Origin: Candidatus Bathyarchaeota archaeon
GTDB taxonomy: Archaea; Thermoproteota; Bathyarchaeia; 40CM-2-53-6; RBG-13-38-9
NCBI GenBank assembly: GCA_963807605.1
Contig: CAWECG010000003.1
Location: 480,001 to 544,000, forward strand
Length of the DNA: 64,000 nt
Direction of reading: 5' to 3'
Under the pieces are notes generated by a model. It was not told the DNA's origin and did not search any database. It worked only from the letters and a program-made list of their open reading frames with translations. Made by a program: the position numbers and the translations under genes. Below, piece after piece: positions 1 through 10,120 of this stretch. How positions within the stretch are numbered: the first letter of the stretch is position 1; every line of letters starts with the position of its first letter.

Positions 1-1
1 C

Positions 2-610
2 ATTGCGGACATTGTTGAAAGTAATAAGCTCTTCGTCATCTCCGACGAAGTCTACGAGAAGTTCATATACAACGGCCAAGGGCACATCAGCTTCGCAACT
101 ATACCTGGAATGACGGAGAGAACCCTAACCGTAAATTCCTTCTCCAAGACTTATGCGATGACTGGCTGGAGAGTGGGATATGCCGCGGGAAACAGCGAAC
201 TGATCGCCAAAATCCGCGCAATAAGTGAACATACCTGTTGGTGTCCTAACTCGATAGCACAGAAAGCCGCTATCGCCGCGTTGAAGGGCCCTCAAGAGTG
301 CGTCAAAGAGATGGTTGAGGAATTTAGGAGAAGACGCGATCTAATAACAACCGGTCTCAACCAGATTGACGGGTTTAAATGCAATTCACCAGGAGGAGCC
401 TTCTACGCATTCCCTGACATTGAAGAGGTCGGACTATCATCAATGGATTTGGCGCAGTCTCTCCTGAGGAAAGCGAAGGTCGCGGTCGTCCCCGGCATCG
501 CCTTTGGGTCGGAAGGTGAGGGGAGCATTAGATTCTCTTTCGCAAACTCAAGAGAGCACATAAGCGAGGCGTTAGAACGAATAAAGAAGACAGTGAAAGT
601 CCTAGGTTGA
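2..610 (+). CDS. PLP-dependent aminotransferase class I/II (aspartate aminotransferase-like), 5'-partial
   Basis: Frame open from the window edge (IADIVESNKLFVISDEVYEK); PLP-lysine motif SFSKTYAMTGWRVG; GAFYAF and IRFSFA motifs. Confidence 0.9.
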   Translation: MADIVESNKLFVISDEVYEKFIYNGQGHISFATIPGMTERTLTVNSFSKTYAMTGWRVGYAAGNSELIAKIRAISEHTCWCPNSIAQKAAIAALKGPQECVKEMVEEFRRRRDLITTGLNQIDGFKCNSPGGAFYAFPDIEEVGLSSMDLAQSLLRKAKVAVVPGIAFGSEGEGSIRFSFANSREHISEALERIKKTVKVLG

Positions 611-614
611 GTCA

Positions 615-1868
615 TCAGGCCTTAATCAAAGCCCGATGCTCCATCTTCATCTGACCAAATAATTCTTTATTGGCAAAGAGATCAATACAGGTAAGCGCCA
701 TTGCTTTAGTTGCTAATATCAAAGCCTGATCTCCACTCTCAGAGACTGACGCGTCCGCAAACTCATGGGAGTGGATCGCTATGCCTTTCTTTCCAAGAGA
801 GATTAGCGGATGTATAGCCGGAACGACTTGGCTAACGTTTCCGATGTCTGAGGATCCTAGATGCTCATGCTCGTCAAGCTCTTGTACGACTCCGCCGAGT
901 TCGATTAGATTTCTCTCGAAGACTTGGGAAAGAACTTCATTCGTTAACATGTTTGCCAGACTGTATGAGCTTGGCTCAAAGTTCAGGCTTGCGCCGGTCG
1001 CTAGTGAAGCTCCTTCAGCGCAATTTTTCACCTTTGTCAGGACCTCGCCAAGATAATTCTTATCTGATGCTCTCAAGTAAAAAAGGGCCGACGCTTTTTC
1101 GGGAACGATATTGGGGGCATCGCCACCTTCCGTTACGATGCCGTGGATCCTGACATCACTGCGAAGGTGCTGCCTCAGAGCATTTATGCCATTAAATGTC
1201 AGAATGATTGCGTCGAGAGCGTTGATGCCTTTCTCTGGAGAGGCTGCAGCATGGGCTGGCCTTCCGCGAAAGATCATCTTGACCGGGGTGAGTGCAAGAA
1301 AACGCGGCTCCAAGGTTGTCTTGACATAAGGATGGATCATCAACACTGCATCAACATCTTTGAAGCAGCCGGCCTCAACCATCTTCACTTTTCCTCTAAT
1401 CTGAGATTCCACATCAACCAATTCTTTTCCAGGCGCAGTTGCGCCCTCCTCGTTGGGTGTGCCAAACACGACAAGGCGACCCCCAATGTCGCTTATTAGG
1501 CCAGATAATGCCATCGCTGCCCCGATCGCGCTGGCGGCTATAATGTTGTGACCGCAGCCATGACCGAGTGTCGGCAGTGAGTCGTACTCGGCTATGAGAC
1601 CAACAGTAGGTTCTCCGAGGTTGCCTTTGTAGGCTTTAAAGGCTGTTGCAAGACCTGCCACACACCTCTCAATTGAAAAGCCGTACTTCTTCAATTCGGT
1701 CGTCAGAAGTTCTGCGGCCTTGAATTCTGAGAGGCCAAGTTCTGGGTTCTTGAAGATCTCGTGGCTGATTTGCAAAATCCTTGGTGTCAGAAGATCTATT
1801 CTTTGCTTAATGAGACTCTTCGTCGCGACGACATTCCAAGATGGCAAGTGTAATCCTCCTAAAGACAC
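615..1868 (-). CDS. M20 family amidohydrolase/peptidase (M20D-like)
   Basis: EYDSLP, HGCGHN, GTPNEE, HAAASPEKGINALDA and GSSDIGNVS motifs. Confidence 0.9.
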   Translation of the reverse strand: MSLGGLHLPSWNVVATKSLIKQRIDLLTPRILQISHEIFKNPELGLSEFKAAELLTTELKKYGFSIERCVAGLATAFKAYKGNLGEPTVGLIAEYDSLPTLGHGCGHNIIAASAIGAAMALSGLISDIGGRLVVFGTPNEEGATAPGKELVDVESQIRGKVKMVEAGCFKDVDAVLMIHPYVKTTLEPRFLALTPVKMIFRGRPAHAAASPEKGINALDAIILTFNGINALRQHLRSDVRIHGIVTEGGDAPNIVPEKASALFYLRASDKNYLGEVLTKVKNCAEGASLATGASLNFEPSSYSLANMLTNEVLSQVFERNLIELGGVVQELDEHEHLGSSDIGNVSQVVPAIHPLISLGKKGIAIHSHEFADASVSESGDQALILATKAMALTCIDLFANKELFGQMKMEHRALIKA

Positions 1869-2333
1869 GTTTACTGATCTGGCCTGAGGGCTTGTGTTGC
1901 CTCAACCGCTCTTGTTTGGTTAGCAACGGCCCCCGAGTAGCCAACGTTACCTGCGTTAGCAGTCCTGATGAAGCCTTGTTGTGAGGGTCGGATTTCGTCT
2001 TTCTTTTCAGTGAACGTTTGAACCACCAGTTTATCATCCTGCAAAACTGTTCTGATATAAAGATAGCCTAAACAAAATCATGACAGCGAATAGTCTGATG
2101 ATTGGGCTATTTCTGCCAAATCATCGTGAACGTTGTAGAAGAATAAAGTTGTTTTTATGCTTATAACACGCCAGAAGATATCCTCAAATCAGGTCCTTAT
2201 GAAGCCAAGCGGAAATATTCTATTGGAAAGCAGATTACGGCCAAGTGCGCTTTCTGTCAGAATTGCGAACTGAAATATCCATGGGATCGGTCGATAATAC
2301 TTGAACAGAATACAAAATATTTGTCGAAGAACC

Positions 2334-2746
2334 ATGCACCAGACTAATGAGAATTTGAAGTCCGCATTAACTGGTGAGTCGCAAGCCAACATGCGGTACA
2401 TTATGTTTTCTGAAGTCGCCAAGCGAGAGGGATACGGCGAGCTTGCAAGTCATTTCAGAAGGACAACTGAAGAGGAGACAAAACATGCAAGAGCGCTGTT
2501 CGAGATGCTGTATCCACAGATATCCGCCAAGGACGCGTTGAAGATGGCTCTTGAGATCGAAACGCTTGAGACTAGAAGGTATTCAGAATATGCGGTAACA
2601 GCTGAGGAGGGAAGGTTCCTGATGCATCTGAACTCAAGAGGTTACTTAATGAAGCCAAGAAACATCTCGAAGAGTGCGTTGCAGCCGAGAAAGAACATTC
2701 AGAAGCCGCCAAGAAAGGCCTTGAGTTACTGTTTCCAGGAGTATGA
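2334..2746 (+). pseudogene. Rubrerythrin/ferritin-like di-iron protein with a -1 frameshift near 2610 (possibly a sequencing error)
   Basis: N-half has GESQANMRY and EETKHA; the second ExxH (AAEKEHS) continues in another frame from about 2612 to TGA at 2744-2746. Confidence 0.75.
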
Positions 2747-2970
2747 GCAAACTCGTACGCTTAGAAAGCTACAGTCTCGCCTTGAATAAGCGCGCGCCTA
2801 AATGATGGCAACCACAAACGAGATCATTTTTCAAGCAATGCACTAGATCCTTAGAACAACGTTCAGTATTGTTTCAGAATGACGTATACAATAAGCAAAC
2901 TTAAGTAGAACACTCCATCGTCATCAGGAATAACTCGTATGAATCCAGTCAAACCAGTGGTGATGGTCTG

Positions 2971-3525
2971 ATGTATGAAGTCAGATGGCACGGTAGAGCA
3001 GGTCAAGGGGTAATTACGATTAGTCGCCTTCTAGGCTTGGCTGCCATGTTGGAAGGTAAGCACATCCAAGCCTTCCCCGAATTTGGACCAGAACGGATTG
3101 GTGCTCCAATGTCAGGTTTCACGAGAATGTCTGACAAGCCGATTGAAATTCATAACAAGATCTACAACCCGGATGCTGTCATAGTCTTGGATCCAACTTT
3201 GTTTGCTTTTGTCAATGTGAGTGACGGGCTGAAATCGAATGGGAGTCTCCTTGTCAATACCACTGAAGCTCCAAAGCAAGTTCTGACCAGACTGGGGCTT
3301 AAGGGTCCATCATGTTTTTGTGTCGATGCAACAGGAATCTCACTCAAGATCCTGAAGAGCACAAGGGGATTCAACACAGTGATGCTGGGTGCATTTGCTA
3401 AAGCAACTGATGTAGTTTCAATGGACTCCGTTAGAGAAGCTGTTAGATCACGATTCTCGGGAGAACTGCTTGAGAAGAACTTGGAGTTATTGGCAAGCGG
3501 AAATCAAGAGGTAGTTACTTTATGA
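2971..3525 (+). CDS. porC: Pyruvate/2-oxoacid:ferredoxin oxidoreductase gamma subunit
   Basis: EVRWHGRAGQG and FPEFGPERIGAP motifs; first gene of a four-gene operon. Confidence 0.92.
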   Translation: MYEVRWHGRAGQGVITISRLLGLAAMLEGKHIQAFPEFGPERIGAPMSGFTRMSDKPIEIHNKIYNPDAVIVLDPTLFAFVNVSDGLKSNGSLLVNTTEAPKQVLTRLGLKGPSCFCVDATGISLKILKSTRGFNTVMLGAFAKATDVVSMDSVREAVRSRFSGELLEKNLELLASGNQEVVTL

Positions 3526-3860
3526 GTCAGAAGGAAAGTCTGAGCGAACGAATGAAACTCAGCTGGAAAGATATGCCCATTGGGGGCGTTATGTTCGAAC
3601 CCGGTTCCACTGTCGAATATAAGACAGGAGCATGGAGGGTACAAAAGAAACCACTCATAGATCAGGATAAGTGCATTCGATGCTTAATATGTTGGATCGT
3701 ATGTCCCGACGTTTCCATTGAACGCCTACCGAAATCCTACAAGAAGTACACAGAGAGCGTTAGAGTAGACTATGAACACTGCAAAGGTTGCGGCATCTGT
3801 TCTGCTGAATGCCCCGTAGACGCTATTGAGATGGTGGAGGAATCAAAGGTTGTACCGTAA
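3522..3860 (+). CDS. porD: Pyruvate/2-oxoacid:ferredoxin oxidoreductase delta subunit (2x[4Fe-4S])
   Basis: KTGAWR, CIRCLICWIVCP and CKGCGICSAECP. Confidence 0.92.
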   Translation: MSQKESLSERMKLSWKDMPIGGVMFEPGSTVEYKTGAWRVQKKPLIDQDKCIRCLICWIVCPDVSIERLPKSYKKYTESVRVDYEHCKGCGICSAECPVDAIEMVEESKVVP

Positions 3861-5121
3861 GAAAAGCGAATTCACAGCTGAAGGAATCATTCCCTACTCG
3901 GGGGAAGGAGACACTGTCACAATAACAGGAGGAGCAGTATGCACCCAAGTGGGCTGCGCTTACACAGGTGATGAAGCTGTCGCATACGCAGCCAAACAGT
4001 CTGATGTTGATGTCGTCGCTGCTTACCCAATCACGCCTCAAACCATCATTGTGGAGAGATTCAGTGAATATGTTGCAAACGGTGAAGTTGACACAAAATT
4101 TATGGCTGTAGAGTCTGAGCACTCTGCAATGTCTGCTTGTGTTGGATCGAGTCTGGCAGGTGCGCGAGTATTCACATCGACCGCCAGCCAAGGACTGGCC
4201 TTGATGCATGAAGTCCTCTACCTAGCATCCGGCCTCCGATCCCCTATCGTTATGGCCGTTGTCAATCGAGCCCTCTCAGCGCCGATCAACATACATGGAG
4301 ATCACAGTGATATGATGGGCTCACGAGATTGTGGGTGGATCCAAATATATGCTGAGAATGCCCAAGAAGCCTACGACTGTACCATACAAGCATTCAAGAT
4401 AGCCGAGGACACTCGTGTCCAACTTCCAGTAAGCGTTAATCTCGACGGCTTTTTCGTTTCGCATGCAACAGAGAGCATGAAAGTCATAGCTGATGAGGCA
4501 GTTACCCGATTTCTCCCCCCCAGAAAGCCCCTCTTCAAGGTAGATCCAACAGTACCATTATCCGTAGGTGGAATGATGTTGCCCGAATATTATTATGAAG
4601 TAAAACGTCAGCAAGAGGAGGCGCTCCGTCTTTCAAAACCGGTTGTAAGTAGTATCGGGAAAGAGTATGGAGAATTGACTGGAAGACGATACGGCCTTAT
4701 GGAGACCTACGGGCTTGAGGATGCTGACGCAGCCATAATCGCCTTGGGAAGTACTTGTGGAACTGTCCGGTCAGTCGCAAAGCAGCTCAGGGCTAAGGGC
4801 AAGAAAGTTGGAGCAATCAAACTATGGGTGTACAGGCCTTTTCCCATTGAGGAGTTCCTCTCCAGTGTAGAGGATCTTAAGGCACTCACGGTATTGGATC
4901 GAGCTATTAGCTTTGGAGCTCCCTACGGTGCCTTATGCAGTGACATAGCGTCCGCCCTACAAAACACTGGAAGCGACTTGAAGGTGCTTAACATGATTTA
5001 CGGTCTTGGAGGACGTGACATACCCACCTCAACAATCGAGCAGGTCTTTGAGGATACGCTTGAAACTGCAAAGACGCGTAAAGTAAGTGGGCGCATCAAG
5101 TTCTTGGATGTGAGAGAGTAA
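3850..5121 (+). CDS. porA: Pyruvate/2-oxoacid:ferredoxin oxidoreductase alpha subunit (probable TTG start at 3850)
   Basis: AAYPITPQT, ESEHSAMS, TASQGLALMHE and YGLGGRD motifs. Confidence 0.92.
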   Translation: MYRKKSEFTAEGIIPYSGEGDTVTITGGAVCTQVGCAYTGDEAVAYAAKQSDVDVVAAYPITPQTIIVERFSEYVANGEVDTKFMAVESEHSAMSACVGSSLAGARVFTSTASQGLALMHEVLYLASGLRSPIVMAVVNRALSAPINIHGDHSDMMGSRDCGWIQIYAENAQEAYDCTIQAFKIAEDTRVQLPVSVNLDGFFVSHATESMKVIADEAVTRFLPPRKPLFKVDPTVPLSVGGMMLPEYYYEVKRQQEEALRLSKPVVSSIGKEYGELTGRRYGLMETYGLEDADAAIIALGSTCGTVRSVAKQLRAKGKKVGAIKLWVYRPFPIEEFLSSVEDLKALTVLDRAISFGAPYGALCSDIASALQNTGSDLKVLNMIYGLGGRDIPTSTIEQVFEDTLETAKTRKVSGRIKFLDVRE

Positions 5122-6056
5122 TGGTTGCACTAAAAGATCTGTCGAAAGAGGAACTCTACGCTCCAGGCCACAGACTCTGCGCGGGATGCGGGCCATCAAT
5201 ATCTGTCAGGATGGCGCTCAAGGCAACGAGGGGTCCAACCGCAGTTGTCAACGCAACGGGCTGTGTCGAAGTCTCCACCACTATATTCCCCTACACTGCC
5301 TGGAGGATCCCATGGGTACATGCCCTCTTCGAGAACGCCGCCGCAGTTGCCAGCGGTCTAGAATACGGCTACGAAGCACTAGAGAAACGTGGCGAGAGAA
5401 AGGGCAAGGTCGATGTAATAGCTCTCGGAGGTGACGGGGGAACCTTTGACATAGGGATCCAAGCACTCTCAGGTATGCTTGAGAGAGGTCATGACATTGT
5501 CTACATATGTTATGATAATGAGGCTTACATGAATACGGGGATCCAACGTTCGGGTGCTACTCCAAGAGGTGCCGCAACTACGACAACCCCGGCTGGGAAG
5601 GTTATACCTGGCAAGAGGGAGAACAAGAAGGACCTAGCGGGCATCTGTGCAGCTCATGGGATAAGTTACGTAGCGACAGCCTCGATAGGCTTTTTCAGTG
5701 ACTATATCGAAAAGGTGAAGAAAGCAATTGAAGTGGATGGACCCGCTGTCATACACGTCCTAGCTCCCTGCCCGCTCGGCTGGCGCTCAAACCCCACAGA
5801 TACGATAAAGCTGGCAAAGATGGTGGTGCAAACAGGATTGTTTCCGATCTATGAGATTATAAACGGGCAATACAAGATGAGCCTTAAACCGGGCAAGCTT
5901 GTCCCGATTGAAGAATACTTTAAGCTTCAGGGAAGATTCTCTCACCTCTTGAAACCAGAATCCAAAGACGAACTCGAAGCGATAAAGCGAGAGGTTGAGA
6001 AGAACTACAATAGAGTTCTAAGATTAGCTGGCGAGCAGACCACCCCATCAAAATAG
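5121..6056 (+). CDS. porB: Pyruvate/2-oxoacid:ferredoxin oxidoreductase beta subunit
   Basis: GHRLCAGCG; TPP motif GGDGGTFDIG...YDNEAYMNTGIQRS; PCPLGW. Confidence 0.93.
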   Translation: MVALKDLSKEELYAPGHRLCAGCGPSISVRMALKATRGPTAVVNATGCVEVSTTIFPYTAWRIPWVHALFENAAAVASGLEYGYEALEKRGERKGKVDVIALGGDGGTFDIGIQALSGMLERGHDIVYICYDNEAYMNTGIQRSGATPRGAATTTTPAGKVIPGKRENKKDLAGICAAHGISYVATASIGFFSDYIEKVKKAIEVDGPAVIHVLAPCPLGWRSNPTDTIKLAKMVVQTGLFPIYEIINGQYKMSLKPGKLVPIEEYFKLQGRFSHLLKPESKDELEAIKREVEKNYNRVLRLAGEQTTPSK

Positions 6057-6286
6057 TCCAATAGGCATATTACGTAGCGTTTTGTTAACTTAGTCTAGCT
6101 TGGCTCGCGCGCGCTGTGGTCCGGATATCAAGTCAACCAGAAGGGAATCTGTCAGGCGATCGCTTTGAATAAGTGAGATCGTGGATTACATGAGGCATAA
6201 GTTGATGTCCGCGCCTCAACTGCCCAAGTTTATTTTTATATTTTGGATGCTATACTGACCAGTTAAGCGAATCGAAGGCAAATAGT

Positions 6287-6634
6287 ATGGGGCATGACAT
6301 AAGAGAGGTAGAGTCTGGAGACCTGGTGGCTAAGAAGGCACTGCTGGCTGACTTGGTAGTCTATCAAAAGGGGTCTGTGGTAAGCAGGACAATAATCGAC
6401 AAGGATTCGGGAACAGTGACACTATTCGCTTTCGATCAAGACCAAGGATTAAGTGAACACACGGCGCCGTTTGATGCTCTGATCAACATTCTTGATGGTG
6501 AGGCTGAAGTCATCATTTCTAGTAAAGCCTATCGTTTAAAGGAAGGCGAAATGATCATCATGCCCGCCAATGAGCCACATGCACTAAGAGCCGCAAAGAA
6601 ATTCAAAATGATATTGACTATGATAAGGTCTTGA
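6287..6634 (+). CDS. Cupin domain protein
   Basis: TLFAFDQDQGLSEHTAPFDA and MPANEPHAL cupin motifs. Confidence 0.85.
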   Translation: MGHDIREVESGDLVAKKALLADLVVYQKGSVVSRTIIDKDSGTVTLFAFDQDQGLSEHTAPFDALINILDGEAEVIISSKAYRLKEGEMIIMPANEPHALRAAKKFKMILTMIRS

Positions 6635-6808
6635 GTCTATCACTGCCCAGTTGCTTGAGGATTCTATTAGGCCTTTGATTTTTGACGTTCTAATATGTCT
6701 CGGATCTCATTCAGAGCCGCTTCGATTGTAAGAGGCATAACACGCGCGCTAACACAATTATACATATTAAACATTTCTTGGCAGTACTATAATTTGGAGA
6801 AGATCAAT

Positions 6809-7225
6809 TTGCCATCTGAAGGTGTCTGCAGGTTCAGCGTATCGGCTCCTAGAAGCCTTGTTGAAGAATTTGACTCTGTCATCAAGAAGATAGGTTACGA
6901 TAGGTCAAAAGCGATCCAAGCTGCAATGCGTATATTCCTAAACGATTACAAATGGACACATGACGTTGGAGGCAATATAGCTGGAGGTCTCGTAATGATC
7001 TACGACCACGAGATTCAAGGTTTGGAAGAAGACCTGACGGATGTCCAACACCGCTACCAGAACATAATCAGTTCGACCACACATGTACATCTCGATGAAC
7101 GTCACTGCCTTGAGATAATCCCGCTTAAAGGAGAGGCAAAACTCGCCAAGAAGCTGTCTGAGGAGATCATGACGAAAAGGGGAGTCAAACAGAGCAGGTT
7201 AGTGGCGATTACACAATCAACCTGA
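6809..7225 (+). CDS. nikR: Nickel-responsive regulator NikR (probable TTG start at 6809)
   Basis: RHH N-terminus (RFSVS...RSKAIQAAMR) and metal-binding domain YDH...HVHLDERHCLE. Confidence 0.9.
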   Translation: MPSEGVCRFSVSAPRSLVEEFDSVIKKIGYDRSKAIQAAMRIFLNDYKWTHDVGGNIAGGLVMIYDHEIQGLEEDLTDVQHRYQNIISSTTHVHLDERHCLEIIPLKGEAKLAKKLSEEIMTKRGVKQSRLVAITQST

Positions 7226-7277
7226 TCTTCTTTATGTCGTGCGCGTCAAAGCGTCGAATGGAGCGCATGTATTTCTG

Positions 7278-8099
7278 TTATTTGTGAGAGCTGATTCTTC
7301 TCAACTTGGCGGCTCTATTGGCGATAAGAATTGCCACGACGCCTGCCGCCACACCTCCATCAATATTGACGACAGCTAGCCCTAAGGAACAAGCCTGAAG
7401 CATCGCGGTCAAGGCGCCAACGCCCTTTTCTCCAAATCCATATCCAACTGAGGTTGGAACGCCGATTACTGGAATATCCACCAAACCTGACACAACCGAT
7501 GGTAGCGCCCCCTCTCGTCCAGCAACCACGATTATCGCATCAACGTCTTTCTCTATGATTTCTTTTAGTGGAGAGAATAGTCTATGAAGTCCAGCGATGC
7601 CTACATCATAGGCCGTTAGGACTTCGCAGCCCATCTCCTCAGCAAGGATCCTTGCCTCTTCGGCGACGGGAATGTCTGCCGTTCCTGCGGCTAGGACTCC
7701 GATCTTGCCACCGGTTTTCTCAATTCGAAAGTTCTTCTTCTTTATAGCAACCATGCCGGCTTTCTGATTCACCGTTAGAATGAAGTCGTTTGGAACCGCG
7801 GCCTTGAGGTTTTCAATCTGCTTCTCATTGGCTCGGCTGATTATCACTCTTCCTTTGTCCATCATCTTTAACGCTATTTCTAGAAGATCCTCGGGTGTCT
7901 TCCCTTCGGCTAGGATAATTTCGGGAATTCCCTTTCTAATCTCTCGATTAACATCCAACCTGGCAACATCACTAACTGTATCAATAGCTTGCACTCGAAG
8001 GAGTTTTTCAGCATCGTCTAATGAGATCAACCCCTTCGAAAGTCTCTCCAAGATTTCTCTCAACGGTGACCCACCGACTATGACTCTCAAATCAAACAT
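7278..8099 (-). CDS. larB: Nickel-pincer cofactor biosynthesis carboxylase LarB
   Basis: AGTADIPVAEEA, DVGIAGLHRL, AGREGALPSVV, VPTSVGYG and VVNIDGG. Confidence 0.92.
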   Translation of the reverse strand: MFDLRVIVGGSPLREILERLSKGLISLDDAEKLLRVQAIDTVSDVARLDVNREIRKGIPEIILAEGKTPEDLLEIALKMMDKGRVIISRANEKQIENLKAAVPNDFILTVNQKAGMVAIKKKNFRIEKTGGKIGVLAAGTADIPVAEEARILAEEMGCEVLTAYDVGIAGLHRLFSPLKEIIEKDVDAIIVVAGREGALPSVVSGLVDIPVIGVPTSVGYGFGEKGVGALTAMLQACSLGLAVVNIDGGVAAGVVAILIANRAAKLRRISSHK

Positions 8100-8218
8100 G
8101 TAGCCATATTTTATCTTTGAGAATGAACCCCGCTCGACTGGTAAGCCCTTGACTTATTACAATTGAGGGTAAATCTTACAGTTATTTCCGATCTATGCGC
8201 CCAATGTGAGTATAGTAT

Positions 8219-9127
8219 TCAAGTGCGATCGGTAGGTAGCTTTTTGTCTCTATTCTTCAATGCGACTCTAGGCACTATCTTTTTCTCTAGAGCCTCATCC
8301 ATGCTCCCGCTTCGGTAGCCAAGAAGATCTATGGTCACATACAGAAATCCTAACCTTTTGAGTTTCATTGCCAAGGACTCCATCAATTCCTCGTCGAAAA
8401 AGAGTCTGCGCTCATTTTTCCCAACCTCTATGCGCGCCAAATTCCCGTGGTCACGTATTCGAAGCTCCCTGACTCCAGTCATTTTTCTCAGGAGCTTCTC
8501 GGCTTCAGCTACCCTTCTTATCTTGTCCTCAGTTATCTCCTGGCCATAGGGAAACCTAGAGGATAGACATGCCATGGAGGGTTTGTCTGCGGTGACTAGG
8601 CCAAACATCTTGGCAAGGGCTCTGACTTCAGTCTTCTTAATGCCTGCGTCAGCGAGCGGGCTGAATACCCCGCCCTCAAAAAGCGCTAAGGCTCCTGGCC
8701 TGTGGACTTTCATGTCATCAGCGTTTGTCCCATCAACTATGCATGCGATCCCATGTTCCTCCGCTATCTGCTTTAGTCTCGCGATTAGTTCCTTTTTGCA
8801 GTAGTAGCATCTGTCTGGTGGATTCCTGACGAAGTTTGGATTAGTAGTTTCGTCAACTTTTATCGTTATGTGTCTTATTCCAATTTCTTTGGCAATACCC
8901 TTCGCCTCTTCGAGTTCTCCGTAGGGTAGAGTCGTCGAATTGGCTGTCACCGCGATGGCTTTATTTCCGACAGCCATCTTGGCGATTAATGCAACCAGAG
9001 AACTGTCAACTCCCCCAGACATGGCAACTAGTACGCTGCCTTCGTTTCTTAGCTTATCCAGTACCCTGTTCATCTTCTTTGTCAACATCTTTCGTTGATT
9101 CAATTGTGTTACGCCAGTTTTCCCCAT
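8219..9127 (-). CDS. larE: ATP-dependent sacrificial sulfur transferase LarE
   Basis: PP-loop SGGVDS, RCYYCK, DGTNADD, KPSMACLSSRFPYG and GYRSGSM. Confidence 0.92.
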   Translation of the reverse strand: MGKTGVTQLNQRKMLTKKMNRVLDKLRNEGSVLVAMSGGVDSSLVALIAKMAVGNKAIAVTANSTTLPYGELEEAKGIAKEIGIRHITIKVDETTNPNFVRNPPDRCYYCKKELIARLKQIAEEHGIACIVDGTNADDMKVHRPGALALFEGGVFSPLADAGIKKTEVRALAKMFGLVTADKPSMACLSSRFPYGQEITEDKIRRVAEAEKLLRKMTGVRELRIRDHGNLARIEVGKNERRLFFDEELMESLAMKLKRLGFLYVTIDLLGYRSGSMDEALEKKIVPRVALKNRDKKLPTDRT

Positions 9128-9562
9128 TGGTTCTCACTGCCTCAAGTTTGGAGTCATTACTGTTCCTGTGAATTCTTCTTTTCCAAGCATGGCGTACGAG
9201 TTGCGTACAAGCCATGCGAGGTCATTGATACTGAAGGGATTTGACGTTTGAAGGAATCTGGAGTATGCTCGTAACCAGACAAACCTGCCTAAATTTCTGT
9301 GTAAAAGACTGATACTCCGTGTATTATTTCTGTGTCCTAAGAAGGGGCGCTCGAACGTATTATCTTAGCTCGCGACAAGAGCAGCAAATGCAAACTACTT
9401 CTAATTAACCTATCGTTTAACCACGTGATGCATAGAGATGGATCTTGCGGGGTTTCACACTGGTGGATTGAGTTCGCGCTTCTATTCGGGCAAATGCAAA
9501 GAATTCTTTATTATGAGCTGTGGAAAGAAATGATGATAGAAGCCAATGGATGAGTGTTCAGT

Positions 9563-10039
9563 ATGGAGAGGCAGGTTAAGGTCGGAGATAAGGCTCCAGA
9601 TTTTACGCTATTCGACACTGAATTAAAGCCCAGGAGTCTCAAGGATTTCAAAGGAAATGTCGTGCTAGCCTTTTACCCTGGAGCATTCACCAACACCTGC
9701 ACAAAGGAGATGTGCGCCTTCAGAGATTCTCTTACGAGGCTAAGCGGTCTTAAAGCTCAGGTTGTTGGAATAAGCGTCAACGATCCATTCTCTAACAAAG
9801 CATTTGCCGAGGCAAATGGGCTGACTTTCCCATTGTTAAGCGACTACAATCGAGAAGTTCTTCGGAGATACGGTGTTATGGTGAACGACTTTGCCGGTCT
9901 TAAAGGCTACAGTGCTGCCAAACGTTCCGTCTTCATCATAGACACGAAGGGAATAGTGTGTTACAGATGGGTGACTGAAAACCCAGGAATAGAACCTAAT
10001 TATGGCGAGATAGAAAAGGCGTTAGAGGAAATAAAGTAG
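9563..10039 (+). CDS. Peroxiredoxin (Bcp/PrxQ type)
   Basis: GDKAPDF and [15 protein letters not shown]. Confidence 0.9.
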   Translation: MERQVKVGDKAPDFTLFDTELKPRSLKDFKGNVVLAFYPGAFTNTCTKEMCAFRDSLTRLSGLKAQVVGISVNDPFSNKAFAEANGLTFPLLSDYNREVLRRYGVMVNDFAGLKGYSAAKRSVFIIDTKGIVCYRWVTENPGIEPNYGEIEKALEEIK

Positions 10040-10120
10040 AGGCTTATCGCGCCTCTTAACTATCTTATTGTGCCTCCGATTCTTCGCTTCTACCTTTGTC
10101 TAAACGTTCCTTGTCGAATA

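Noticed and set aside
9188-9218. Hairpin upstream of larE as a metal riboswitch
   Set aside because: A single short imperfect stem with no multi-helix architecture and no other support
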